Origin: Raja brachyura
Lineage: Eukaryota
Assembly (NCBI GenBank): GCA_963514005.1
Contig: OY740806.1
Coordinates: 32,860,001-32,924,000, forward strand
Direction of reading: 5' to 3'
DNA length: 64,000 nt
A model generated the notes under the pieces. That model saw only the letters and a list, made by a program, of their open reading frames with translations. It was not told the origin of the DNA and made no database searches. Positions within the stretch are counted from its first letter, which is position 1. Each line of letters starts with the position of its first letter. Shown here piece after piece: positions 40,270-53,749 of the stretch. Position numbers and translations under genes: made by a program.

Positions 40270-40900
40270 ATAGAAACAAAGAAATGCTGATGTCGGTTAA
40301 TACACAAAAGGACACAAATGTTGGTGTATCTCAGCAGGTCAGGCGGAGAACGTGGTTAGATGATGTCTTTTGGAAGAAAACTGGGAAGGGGGAGAAAGTA
40401 GGAGAAAGCATGGCGGAGCCGGGGGGGGGGGGGGGGGTGCGCTGACAGGCAGATGCTTGGAATAAAGGTCAAAAATAAGAACAGTAGGCATGAGATAGGT
40501 TTGAAGAGTTGTGGATTGTGCATCCAGAGGGAGGAAAGTAGCGGAGTCAGGGGATGAGGGAGTGAAGTGGAGAAATAGGCAAGCCAGGTGGGACATGGGG
40601 TGTGGAGAGGAGTGTGGTGGTGAATTGGGGGGGGGGGGGGGGGGAATGTAAAAATTACAGGTTGCCTAAAATTGGAGAATTCAACATTCATACGTTGCAG
40701 AACACGAGATGATGTTCCTCCAGTTTGTGTGTAGCCCTAAACTAGCAATGGAGGAGACCCGGGACAGAAAGGACAGCTGGAGTGGGAAGGGGGTGTTACA
40801 ATGGTCAGCAACTGGGAGATCCAGTAGACCTTGGCGCCACTTATGCATGGTCACCAGAGATGCTGCCTGGCCTGCTGAGTTACTCCAGCACTTTGTGTGC
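40270..40900 (-). mobile_element. Degenerate Penelope 3' fragment
   Basis: MNVEFSNFR end of ORF, homologous to 54997-55150, plus the shared 3' motif. Confidence 0.65.
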
Positions 40901-40909
40901 TTTTACGTA

Positions 40910-41100
40910 TCACCTAATCTTTTACAACCTCAGCAAAATGTTTTATAGCCAATAAAGTATTTTTAAAAAGTCATCCCTATTGCAAGACAAGAAATGTTGA
41001 AGCCAATTTGCACATAGCAAAGACTCATAAAAATTAATGATAACAACCAGGTCATCTGTTTTAGTGCTGCAATTTGCTTTTCTTCAGAACAGTGTCATTT
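40910..41100 (-). mobile_element. Ancient DeuSINE-like fragment
   Basis: Minus strand tgctatgtgcaaattggct...tactttattggctataaaaca resembles the Deu domain of AmnSINE1/SacSINE1. Confidence 0.5.
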
Positions 41101-41299
41101 AATTGAGCAGAATGAAACTCAGTTACACGTCTCAGAATAGATTCAGGAATACTCAAAAGTTACCAGTATATTTTTTAATTGCATTTGAAATATTCCCTGC
41201 TTTCTCTAAGTACAGTGTAGAAATGTGCAGACTAAAAACCTACTTCAATGCTCAAGCCTTGCTGAAGTCCCAAACACAACATCCTCGTCAATTCTGTTA

Positions 41300-42760
41300 A
41301 GCCCCTGTTCCACTTGGGCGACCTCCACCGCAACCTCTGGCGACCTTGCCCGCGACCCATAGTCGCGGCAAGGTCGCCACGAGGTGGTAGGAGGTCTTCG
41401 TCACTCTCCTTCGTGGTCGAGAATGGTCTCCGCGAAGTCGAGGCTTCAGATAGGTCGCGGCGTATTTTTCAAGATGTTAAAAATTGGCCGCGACTAAAAA
41501 TAGGTAATCGTGGAAAAAAAAATCGATATTTTTTTAGTTGTAGGTCTAGTCGTAGTAGGTCGTGATGCTAGTCGTAGGTAGTCGAAGGTAACAGCTCCGC
41601 AGTGAAAAAAGGTCAGTAGAAGAAAAAGGTAATTTAAACAGAAGAACGTCACCTCTGTCACTCCAAGGCATGTTCATTCATAGCTGGAGAGTTTTTTGGA
41701 GAGGGGAATAATGTTTTTGAGATGGCACCAAAAAGGCAGCAGTGCAGGGGGAGGGCACAACCCTCAAATAAACCTGCCATGCAGGTGTTGGCCACCCGGG
41801 AGCAGTGGCAGGAGGTGATGCCACAGGAGGTGATAGTCCTGCATGAGAGACCCCTGGAGGAGGAGACCAGGGTGGTAGTATATGTCCCCACAACCACCCC
41901 ATCCTTCACTGCCTCATTTGAAGGCAGCAAAGCAGCCCTTTCTCCTGTGTCTGACACAGCATCAGAGGCGGATGCCCCATTGGTGGTGAGGGAGGGCTGG
42001 AGGAAGGTTATGCCCTACACCTTCACCAGGCAGCAGGAGGGGGACCTTGAGGAATGGTTCCAGCAGAATGCCATCCTGTACGATAAGGAAAATGAGGGGT
42101 ACAGAGACAGGAACAAGAATGGCATGCTTGCCATCCATTGCCCCACATGTGTGGTCTTAAAGTTCCACCTCTTCCAGTCATCGGGACAGTCCAACACATC
42201 ATCTCCATTCACCCGTTGAGACCTCTTCTTGTGCTTCCTCTTCACCCTTGCTCTTCCCCTTCTGCCCGTCTTGAAAGGCTGCTGAAGCAAAAGGGCAACT
42301 GCAAACAGCAGTAGTTGTATTTTTTACTAATATCCTCCAAACTAGTTCCTTCCTTGCTTGCATGGTTCAGAATGATTTTTAAAAAAACCTGGAAGGCATT
42401 TTTTAGTGAGAAAAATATGCAGACATGACATCATTTTATCAGGTGATCATTTGAGCTGTAGACACTCGTCACTAATCCTTGTTGGTTTTCGGTGTGGTCC
42501 TCTGAGGTGGAAGGGGGTTGTGCTCATTTACGGACCAATTTGCCAGAGACCATCCTCGGGTAAAGCGTACATGGTCGAAGCCAGTCTTCAACATAGTCGA
42601 AGGAGGTCTTCTTCATCGTCGAGGGAGGTCTTCAACATAGTCGTAGGAGGTCGTACACATAGTCGTGGAAGGTCGTAGGTCACCGCAACCTTGATTTTTT
42701 TTTAAAGTCGCTAACGGTCGCCAGAAGTCGCGGTGGAGGTCTCCTAAGTGGACAGGCCCT
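41300..42760. mobile_element. Internally deleted PIF/Harbinger transposon with MADF/Myb-like (+) and DDE transposase (-) remnants
   Basis: About 45-bp imperfect TIRs and a TTA TSD (41297-41299, 42761-42763). The + ORF contains FTRQQEGDLEEWFQQNAILYDKENEGYRDRNK. The minus strand reads RWNF...GAMDGKH. Confidence 0.85.
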
Positions 42761-42879
42761 TTAGTCATTTCTTAAAAAAGCTCAAAATGATTTATTGCGT
42801 TCAAAGCGAAGCTGACCATCACTAAACAATCCTTGTCTTTCCAAATGCAGATAGATCCTAGGCTCAGAATCTCTTCTGA

Positions 42880-43770
42880 TAATTTTCCTACCACTGATGT
42901 TAGGTTTACCACCCTATTGTTCCCCAGCTTGTTCTTGCAGCCTTTCTTAAAGGCTCAACATTAGCCACCCTCCAATCTTCTGACAGCTCACCTGCAGCTG
43001 AGTAAGATACAAGCCCCCAGCAATTCCTACAAGCGGAATTATCTATGTTAATAGTGTTAAAACCCCTTTTCATAAAATCAATGTTTCATGACATCACTGT
43101 GCTCGTCTCTGATTTCCCTAGTTTCTATCATCTCCTCCACAATAAATACAGATGATAAGTATTCATTTAAAATCCTGCCAATCTCCCAAGGTTCCACACT
43201 GAGACGACCACATTGATTCACGTTCATCTATTCCCTCTTTAGTTATTGTTTTGCTCATTATATAGAATCTCTGGATTCTCTTTTACCTTACCTGCCAAGA
43301 TTATATAGTCTTTTTTTTTTAAACCCTTATTCGTTCTGAAAAATATTTTGCTAAATCCTTTACACTAAACGGATTTGCTTGATCCCAGCTGCCAGACAGT
43401 GTTAACATAACCAGACACTCATTATCCTTCATCTAGCATGGTCCCTTAATCCTTCAGCCTTGCCCAACACTCAAACATGAATAAATGACCCTGAACTCTC
43501 CATATCACTTTTAAATACCTCCCAGTTGCCAGATGCCCCTTTGCCTGCTCATAGCCTTTCCCAGACAACCTTGAAAAGTTCCTATTTAATGCCATAAAAA
43601 TTAGCCATACCCTAATTTAGGACTTTAATTTGTGAACCAGTCTATCTTGTTCAGTCTGAAGAAGGGTCTCGACCCAAAACATCACGTATTCCTTCTCTCC
43701 AGAGATGCTGCCTCACCTACTGAGTTACTCCAGCATTTTGTATCTATCTTGGTCTACAACTATTTTAAAA
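42880..43770 (-). mobile_element. Degenerate CR1-like fragment with a Penelope-derived insert (about 43652-43750)
   Basis: accactgatgttaggtttacc...ttagccaccctccaatc (CR1 RT antisense). Insert reads cagtctgaagaagggtctcgaccc. Confidence 0.6.
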
Positions 43771-44339
43771 CTTACAAAGACCAGAACTGGAAGCCAAAAT
43801 GTGTTTGACTAATTGAGTCAATTTTGAATAATTCATTTAAAAAATACTTTGGAAGATTGCAATTTACTTCCTAATGTAATTTTTTTTAAATGAAACACAA
43901 TCATGGAATACAGCAGCAGCATAAGAGGCCAATTAACTTGTTATTCATGTGCTAGCTGTTTGGCGCAGCTCTCCAATAATCTCCTTCCATGGAGAAATCT
44001 TTTTCCCGTGAAGATTTTTCCATTTTATTTTGAGTTGTCTTGTAGGCAGAATTCCAGGTCAGAGCAATTGAATGCTCTTTTTAGAAGTCATCCTCACAGT
44101 TCCTGTGCTTCCATCCTATTGTTATAAATTATCCTGATGTTTTGGTGATCAGAAATTTACACAATGCAATAGATTTGGTCTAACTCATCTTTTATACCGT
44201 TTTAGAAAGATCTCCCTTCATCAGTCAAACAATGGGTACAATAATTAGGACTCTCCAAGTCATTGGTGATACCAGATTTGGAGTACTGCGTGCAATTCTG
44301 GTAACCCAGCTTTGCAAGGATGTCTATGCATCCAGCACA

Positions 44340-44760
44340 ATTCTCTGATAGTTCCACCATCTTCAATGTGATCCCACTATCAGTCCCATCTTCCTGCACC
44401 ACCTCCTTCCGGTGAGACCACTTTTTTTCCATAACTCATTAGTTTGTTCATTTCTCACCACACCAGCCCCATCCCCAAGCATTTTCCTTTGCAACCACAG
44501 GATGTGTAACATCTGTCCCTACACCCTCTCTCTCATTTCCATCCAGGGACTAGAGGAGCTCTTCCAGGCAAGGGGAGGTTCACATATAATGTTTCCAACC
44601 TTGTTTGTTGCATTCGGTGCTCCCGGTGTGGCCTCCTTTACAAAGGTGAGACCAAGTGTAGGCTAACACCGTTTTTCAGAACATGTGTACTAACTTACAA
44701 CCCAATGGTATGAACAGCAAATTCTCTCATTTCAAGTAATACCCCTATACCCCACCTCTT
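44340..44760 (+). mobile_element. Penelope fragment (GIY-YIG region)
   Basis: Reads CIRCSRCGLLYKGETK, a degenerate GIY-YIG YIGET motif. Confidence 0.7.
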
Positions 44761-44809
44761 TCCCCTGCCCCTCCAACCCCGTACACACACACACACACAT
44801 TCCTACTGT

Positions 44810-45240
44810 CACTGGGACTGGAGGTCGTGAGTTATAAGCCTTGAGACTGATGAGCTAGGACAGTTTTCCCTGGAATATAGAAGGCTGAGGGATGAACATA
44901 CAGAGGCATATAAAATCACTAGGGGCATAGATGGGATAAGTAGACACAGTATTTTCCAAGGATAGAAAAGTCGAAAACTACAGTACATAGATTTAAGTTG
45001 AGAGGGGAAAGATTTTTTTTTAAAGGGGGCTAGAGGGGCAACTTTTTCCATTCAGAGGGTGGTGTATGTGGAAGAAGCTGCCAAGGGAAACTATCGAGGC
45101 AGGAACAACTACAACTACATTGAAAGATATTTGGACGTGTACATGGACAGGAAACGCCTAGAGATACGGGTCAAACACAGGCAAATGTGATTAACTCAAA
45201 TAGACATCTTGTCGGCACTAACAAATTAGGCCAAAGGGCT
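44810..45240 (+). mobile_element. CR1 3' fragment
   Basis: tttccctggaatatagaaggctgagggatga...cagagggtggtg. Confidence 0.7.
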
Positions 45241-46229
45241 GAAATTTGGAAAGCTTTACCCCTCTTTCAGATGTTGACTAAACTTGATTATGTACTTCCA
45301 CAGTTCTACATTAATGTCCATCAATACTTGTGCAGGATAAAGTGATCTCATGATAAATGACTACATAATACTTGCAGTGCTTCTCCCTGATGATGCAGAC
45401 ATCAAGAAGTTCAAAACGTTACCATTAGTCTTCATAGATTTGATCCCAAGTCAATTTACATTACAGTGCAAACATAGATGTGTCCAGTATTCAGGTCACG
45501 CTGGCAAACAAGAGGAGAAATGCATTTATAACATTAATAGCATCAGTGATGAAGAACACTAGTGTAGAGTTCCATGAATAAATATGGTGCAATAAGTAGT
45601 ACAACATCAATTAAATATAATACCTGAAGGCTGGGGGACTTAAATGATTTTGAGAGGCAGTGAAATTAACAGTTAACTGTACATAGTGGGTCATTTTACT
45701 TGATTGGGTTTTGAATGAACATCAAATATCAATCTGAATGCCAGTTGGAAGTGTAACCCAAAACATCATTTTTTGAAAATGGTTAAAATGAAGGAATAAA
45801 TAACCCAGATCCATACAATTTAACTTCTAAAGATTAACAAATATCATGTATATTTAATGAAATTCTGCTGATTTACTCTAATAGTCTAATAGTCATTTCC
45901 TTACAAAATTGTAACTTATGGTTGCTTTATAACTGTAACTGTTGGGAACCCCTTCTGAGTAAGACTATTGGCATGCTAGACAAGGAACTTGAAAAACAAA
46001 GGCAGCAAAATTAATGCTAGCAAAGATATTTTGGTAATCGGTAATTTAAATCTGTAGAAACGCTGTTTAACAAAGTCACAGATTTTAAAGAAGTTAGAAC
46101 CAACATGAGTATTAAGCTCAACAATTTAAAGAACCGCCCAACATGTCAACACATGTATCTCACCAAAATATTTTTAACTTTAAACATTTCCCTCCAACTT
46201 GCACCCTCCCCAGGGTTATCATGCAAGTA

Positions 46230-46572
46230 CAGTGCCCTCCGTAATGTTTGGGACAAAGACCCATCATTTATTTATTTGCCTCTACTCCACAATTTGAGAT
46301 TTGTAATTGAAAAAAACCCATGTGTGGTTAAAGTGCACATTGTCAGATTTGAGAAGGGGGGGGGGGGGGGGGGAAACGACACACACTATGTATAAACACA
46401 GCTGTAATTTCTATATGGTGACACCAAAATGTATAAAAATGGCCTTTAATAAAATCTGACAATGTGCACATTAACCACATATGATTTTTTCTATTTCAAA
46501 TCTCAAATTGTGGAGTACAGAGGCAAATAAATAAATGATGGGTCTTTGTCCCAAACATTATGGAGGGCACTG
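46230..46572. mobile_element. Tc1/mariner-type MITE
   Basis: TA TSD on both sides. About 120-bp TIRs starting CAGTGCCCTCC and ending GGAGGGCACTG. Confidence 0.9.
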
Positions 46573-47695
46573 TACATAGAGGTTCACAAAGAGTTTGAAA
46601 CTTTTGGATTTCCTCATAAATTTCATTGGAAGGGCCTGACTCAATGAAGTCAAATCTAATTAAAGGAAATTGCTGATCAGTCACATACGTCAGCAACTGT
46701 CCGCCACAATTGTTTGACATTGCAGCTTGCCAAACAGATCAGATAACTAGAGTGCAGGGATGAAAGCTGAGAGAATGCAACAGTACTAAACATATAAAAT
46801 TTATCAATGACCAGAACTAAGGTACAATCCACGGGGAGCAATTCCTTAAAATGTCCAATGAAACAGAGTGGTCTCCCATGTTCTATGGTGCACCAACATG
46901 GAACATGGACAGTGCACCAACAAGGTAACTTCTGTAATGCACAATGTTTGCATAATCCAAACTCAATAAAATGCAGGAAATTCCTAGGTGCCCAAACTGG
47001 TGCAAGGGGAAAAGGGAGCAAGAGGGAATACATGGAGCAGGGGAGTTAGGAGGGGTGCAACATGATAATTGGGTGCAGTGTTTTTTTTTTGGGGGGGGGG
47101 GGGAGAGGAGGAGAAGAGAGATAAATTAAGCTAGAGCAAGCAGTGGTGAGAACAAGTAAGAGAAGACGTTGGTTGCAGGAAGCAAGAAGAGCAAGCTGGG
47201 GCATATGAGTGGAAGGGGGAGAAAACTTGGGGTAAAGGGGATAGGAAGAGCAAACAAGCTTAAAGTGGGGAACAGTGGACAAGTTTGGAGTGGGTTTTGT
47301 TGATGTTTACAGCACACCCATCAGCCTCCTACTCTTTTAAAGAAACCACATACAGGTTGAGAGTCGACCTTCACGCCGAGTTAAAGTGTGAATGAAACTG
47401 TGCTTGTAGTTCTTGCCAGCTTCACACGAGCGCATGGCCGCGGGTTGCGATCTCTGCAGATTCCCACATTTTGTAAACCACCAGAGTAAAGGCTGTCTCA
47501 CTGTTGCATAACTCTGTCTGCTTGCCTGGTAGTCACAGGTGCTCGGTAAAGACAGGAGCTGAGAATCTCTCAGAGACAGCAACATGCAGTAACGGGTGGT
47601 CGATAGTGTTAGTCACTGTCGAACTTTAAACAAGGTCACACTACGAGGGTGACATGACTGTAAAGTTGGCTTTGCTAAAAGTGTAGGAAGGAACT

Positions 47696-47935
47696 TTCAA
47701 CCAGAGAGTTGTGAATCTGTGGAATTCTCTGCCACAGAAGACAGTGGAGGCCAATTCACTGGATGTTTTCAAGAGAGAGTTAGACTTAGCTCTTAGGGCC
47801 AATGGAATCATGGGGCATGGGGAGAAAGCAGGAACAGGGTACTGATTGTGGATGATCAGCCATGATCATATTGAATGGCAGTGCTGGCTTGAAGGGTCGA
47901 ATGGCCTACGCCTACACCTACTTTCTATGTTTCTA
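47696..47935 (+). mobile_element. CR1 3' end
   Basis: cagagagttgtgaatctgtggaattctctgcc...gatcagccatgatcatattgaatggc...ttctatgtttcta. Confidence 0.85.
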
Positions 47936-49686
47936 GATAGAGATTAGGGCAAGTGGATCAAGCCATGGAAGGGGTTGGGGTGGAATTGCATGAATCAAAG
48001 TGAACTCGGAGTCAAGGCAGACAGGCAAATGAAAACAAGCATATTAAGTCGGGGAGAGCAAACAATGAGCAACAAAGGAGGAGCAAGCATGTAAAGAGAA
48101 ATTAGTTTGGGCCAGGTACTGCAATAGAAAAGGGGCAAAACTGAGGTGTATCAATAGATGGAAAAGAGGAAGAAAGGGAATATGGAGATCTAGGATGGGG
48201 CGTAATGCGAAAAAACAAATTGCAATTTCAATTCATCACTTGCCAATTTCTACGTTATGTCAAAATTGATCTGTGTAGCTCTTCAAAATGCTGGCATGTT
48301 TCTGCTCCTATGTGCTTTGACTTTGCGTACTTTAAAATATTCATTTGATACACCATTTCATAATTCATCTTACACGCAAACAATTACAGGTGGAAACGGG
48401 CTGATGTTTTGCCAACAAACACAAAAACATACTATAAATACATTACCAAACAGTGCAGTATTTCATAGTTCAGTTGCAAACCCAGCTTACCCATTTGGAG
48501 AGCCACAATGATTTCATGAACAAATTGTTTTTTATCCCATAAATCAAAATGGTAATTTATTTTAAAATTGAAAAAGTTGGCCCTAAATTTACAGAAAACA
48601 ATAGTTAAAGATCAAGATTGGTTTTGAAAAGTATCCTAAAAGTAAGCCATGTAGGAAATGCTTACTGAAGTGCTAGAAAATGCATGGATTCTTATTCTTT
48701 TGCAGTTCAAACAGAATTCATTTGGCGAACACCAGTGGGAACAATTTTTGTAAAAGGATATACTTAACCTCCAATGGACACTTAATTAAGATATTTGATT
48801 ATTACACTGTAATTGTGCACATCTTTTTAGTGCTTAAAGTTTTGAGGTACATAAATATGCAAGAAATGAAGAAATGTGGACCGTTAATTGAAAGAAGGGA
48901 GTTTAGTTTGGCATCATGGTGGCAGAGACATCTGGGCTGAAAAGCCTACTTCTACTGTGTACTGTTCTATGTTCTCTCGAGTAATATTTGAATTCAATCT
49001 TCCAACTCAGTAGTGAGAAAGGTATCAGGGTACATTTTACACAGTGGTCAGGCAAGTTAAAACTTGCCCTCAGTGTGTAGGACATAGAACCAGTAAATGG
49101 TTATCAATGGTCGGCGTGGACTCTGGGAGCTGAAGGGCCCGTTTCCACACTATCGCTAAACTAAACCATTTAATAACAGTTTAAGTTCATTATTTTCTCT
49201 TTTACCTTTTTAGATCTCATTCAAAAGTATTTTTGTTATTTGCCTCAACTATTTTGAATAAGACATTTCAGCTGAATTCCCCATTGGATATATAGTTAAG
49301 TTTTTTTTTAATTTATGAAACATCTGTGTGTACTAAGTACATTCAAAGTTTACTAGCTCATTCCCTACGAGTTATGATTTTTGTAAATCTCTGCATATGA
49401 ACAATATTGCATCAAAAGTTAGTGAATCGCTATTTCTTGTTTTTCTCAATATTACAAATTTAGAGCAGGATCTATTTTTGAGCTGTGAACTGGTATGAAG
49501 TGTATAAATGCTGTTAATTAATGATGATTGTAGCGTTGCAGGACTCATGATTTGTATGTTAATTCAGCATGTTATCAAATAAATAGTTTACAAATAACTT
49601 GCAAGAACCACTACTGTCTTAAATGTATCAAAGTAGCAAACCAATAATCATTAGAATCACACAACCTGCTAGAAAAGCAATTTCAT

Positions 49687-49905
49687 GTGCAGGAAGGAAC
49701 TGCAGATGTTGGTTTAAACCGAACATAGACACAAAATGCTGGAGTAACTCAGCAGGTCAGGCAGCATCTCTGGAGAGAAGGAATGGGTGACTTTTCAGGT
49801 CAAGGGTCAAATTCGAAGAAGGGTCTCGACCCGAAACGTCACCCATTCCTTCTCTCCAGGGATGCTGCCTGACCTGCTGAGTTATACCAGAATTTTGTGT
49901 CCATA
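49687..49905. mobile_element. Inverted Penelope-derived insertion
   Basis: Arm about 49728-49797 is inverted versus about 49833-49901. Contains gaagaagggtctcgacccgaaacgtc. Confidence 0.82.
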
Positions 49906-50267
49906 TTCGGAAAAGCAATCTCCTTCCAAATGTAGTCACACAGAAAAAAAATCTTTCAGAAAAGAATTTCACATTTTATAAACTAGAACGAAGAAATGGG
50001 CAGCCAATGGCATTTCTTGTCACGATACCTACACAGCTCCAGCAATCAGGGTTTAATTCTGAACTGCAAAGGAGTCTATTTGGAGTTTTATATTCTCCCT
50101 CTTACTGAAAGTTTCTCCCAGATACTCGGACTTCCACATCCCAAAGGGCTGATTATTAGGTTAATTAGCTACTGTAAATTACTGCTAATGTAGTGGTGGA
50201 ATCACATGGTAACAATGGACTTAAAAAATAATAGGTTGCAGAGAATGCGAAGGCGAATTATGAAACT

Positions 50268-50936
50268 AAGCATGCAGGTACAGCAGGCAGTGAAGAAAGC
50301 CAATGGCATGTTGGCCTTTATAACAAGAGGAGTCGAGTATAGGAGCAAAGAGGTCCTTCTGCAGTTGTACAAAGTCCTAGTGAGACCACACCTGGAGTAT
50401 TGTGTGTAGTTTTGGTCCCCTAATTTGAGGAAGGACATTCTTGCTATTGAGGGAGTGCAGCGTAGGTTTACAAGGTTAATTCCCAGGATGGCGGGACTGT
50501 CATATGCTGAGAGAATGGAGTAGCTGGGCTTGTACACTCTGGAGTTTAGAAGGATGAGAGGGTATCTCATTGAAACATATAAGATTGTTAAGGGCTTGGA
50601 CACACTAGAGGCAGGAAACAGGTTCCCGATGTTGGAGTCCAGAACCAGTGACCAGTTTAAGAATGAGTAAGCCATTTAGAATGGAGACGAGGAAACATCT
50701 TTTCTCACAGAGAGTGGTGAGTCTGTGGAATTCTCTGCCTTAGAGGGCGGTGGCGGCAGGTTCTCTGGATGCTTTCAAGAGAGAGCTAGATAGGGCTCTT
50801 AATGATAGCGGAGTCAGGGGATATGAGGAAAAGGCAGGAACGGGGTACTGATTGGGGATGATCAGCCATGATCACATTGAATGGCGGTGCTGGCTGGAAG
50901 AGCTGAATGGCCTACTCCTGCACCTATTGTCTATTG
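50268..50936 (+). mobile_element. CR1 LINE 3' fragment
   Basis: QVQQAVKKANGMLAFITRGVEYRSKEVLLQLYKVLVRPHLEYCV and a CR1 tail. Confidence 0.92.
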
Positions 50937-51444
50937 AATGGATTTGCTCTGTTTGAATTTTATGCGATGTATGGCCTCCTCTTCAACAAGGAAACATGGA
51001 AATATTATCAAAGAAAATAAATAATTTCTAGGACTTTTCTTCTCATTCAGCTATCTCATTTGAGAATTGGTGACATCTTTAGATTTCTCTGTTAAGAGTT
51101 ACAAACCCTTGTATTTGCAGACCCCACTTATAAAATCATTATATTTCAACTTAGTTAAAATTCTACAGAGTGCTTTACCTTTACATCCGAGTAATTACAC
51201 CATAAGCATATCACAAATCTGACCCTATCTTTGGAAGCGTACACATTGTCCAGGTAATATTCAGTAGCAATTTCACTCGTTGATTTTTATCACCTTTTAC
51301 TAACCCAAGTATGTTGGAGTTAAATGCCTCGTTCAAATTGATAATTAAAAATTGAAAATTTGGGGCAGAATTGTCCTCACAAGTGCATTTACAATTGGAT
51401 TATCAAATGTGTAGTCTTTTCATACTGTCACAAAATGTACTTGC

Positions 51445-51601
51445 CTGAAAAAGTCTGGTGAAAATGTCAAATTCGAAAACCGAGATGAAGTCATTACAGG
51501 TCAGATCAATAGTAGATTTTAAGGCCATGGCCTCAAGACCCGAGGTGATTGGGTGAACATCATGCAGGGCCTGTCGAAAAACCTTCCAGTGAATGATGGT
51601 C
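51445..51601 (-). CDS. CBL: CBL exon 4 equivalent (EF-hand), GC donor
   Basis: ttctag|G ... CAG|gcaagt, 157 nt. Encodes [52 protein letters not shown]. Confidence 0.97.
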
Positions 51602-53749
51602 CTAGAACAGGGAGAAGCCAGTCAGCATACAAATTGTTAAGTACAACAGCATATAACATAGTAGGTAGACAATTTTAGACACGCATGACTTCATTCTGAT
51701 GTTTACCATTGTAAAATTCAATAATTCTAACAGTCCTCGTTAGAGGCATTATCAATCTACTTTATGGTTAGCTTGGCAAACGATATTAAAAGTGCTTTAT
51801 ATTATTCATAAAGGTGCAGGTGATATTGTAATTATAGTTCTTAAATCTTTCAGGGATTACTCAGATTATAAAGCCATTAAATTATAAATTCAAAATGCAC
51901 TTGCTAATAACATCTTCAGTAGAGACCAAGAAAACAAAATCCCAAAAAAGGGAATTTGAGGGCAGTAAAATGTATCATATTCACTCGTCTCAAATTATAT
52001 TCCACCCTCTGCAAGCAGGTCATCAATTTTTAAGCATTCATGTGTACTACTTGCTGATCTCCCTTTTCTCCCTAAAAGTAAAACCCTGACAGACATTGTA
52101 CATTTTTTTACAGAGTTTTACTGAAAAATCTGAATTTGTTGCACAAAAAAATTATTGATCAAAATAGACCTAAATTCCAGCCTGCAATAGAATTTGCCAT
52201 AACATCTAAAATACAAATGAATACAAATTAGGGAGAAGTAGTTTCACTTTTAAATAACAGAGTCTCATGTTAAATTAATCGCATTAGGGTAATAACGGAA
52301 AAATTACAAATTGAACTTGGCACTTCCAGATTAAGAATAGAAAATTGTCATCGATTTACAGTTGCGACTGACTCGCATCTAATGATGTCTGCTGGAAAAG
52401 CACATAGATCTCCAGCTGGATCAACTCAGATAGCCCCCATAGACAGCTGACAGTCATTGACACTTATAAATTACACCCGAGAAAAATAGTAGGATGTAAC
52501 CAAAAGACAAAATCATTTGCTTTAACGATGGGGAAAAAAAGGCAGTAATACTTCGTGAAGCCCGACCTAAACTAGAAATGAAATCAAATAAGATGACATG
52601 CACGGCAATTAATTTGCAGCAGTTGACACTGTACATTATGGATTATCGCTGATATGCACAAGAGATGAGAGGTATGAAACTGGTGCACGGTGCAAATTGG
52701 CTGCTGAGATGAAACCAGATGGCACAAAATTGTTCAAATCAACAGATCAGGCAAAAATTTAAATTGTTAATGCTTCAAACATGCCTAGCACTACAAGTAA
52801 TATCAAGTACATCTGCTGTACACAAATTAACAAAGACTTTTATAAATAAACATAGCAATGACAGGTGTGCTTTCTGAATTTTTACTTTCCTTCCCTTTTC
52901 TACCCAAAAACCTCACATCTGTGCAACATTTCTCACTGCGTGTTGATCTTATCATGAAACATTTGAACTCTTATCATTCTGCATAGCAGCTGGTATGCTG
53001 ATAAATGAACATTGTGTAGCCTTACAAATTCATGACCATTTTACCTGGAATTCAAGCATTCAGAGTCAATAATCATAGTACAGCCGGGTGACGCGTGGGT
53101 TGTTAAGTACACATAGCTCCATGACTACTACAATATCAAAAACAGTTAAAGTAATGATATTCTATATAAATGTGATAATAGTATAACTAGTCTTCTCTGC
53201 AGCTTTTCGCATGGTAAACAAAAGCACCCATCTTCAACATCTCTTCAGTTAGGCGAGTGATATTACACAAGTATGGTTCCAGTCTTGTCCATGCAGTAAT
53301 TGCCAGAAACTCTTTGGAATGGAGTGCTTTGGCCTTGTAAGAATATAGATCCAAATCAATATTGCATATGTCACCTAAGATACAGTATTCAAAACAAGAC
53401 AGAAGAAAAACAGCAACTATCTGGCCTCTATATTCTTTACTTTGATGTGAAGGCTTCCAGGTTAGGTCAACAGGCTGCTCTTTCAGATCTGGTCCAACTG
53501 GGTGCAGTTATCCCAGGGCCTGTTGTCAAGTTATGGTTTTTCACTCTGCAGTGATCTCCTTCTTAAATTCCACTCTGTAGGCACCAACTCCGTCTAATTC
53601 GCTGGTAACCATCTGAACCCTTGAGCGTCTGAAACTTGAGCGTCTCTTTGATGCTGATAATATCCAGATATGTCCAACCTCCGGTTTCTCCACATCTGCT
53701 TCAATTACATGTTACTTTGGGGATCTTCCCAAGATGTCATATCCTCTTC

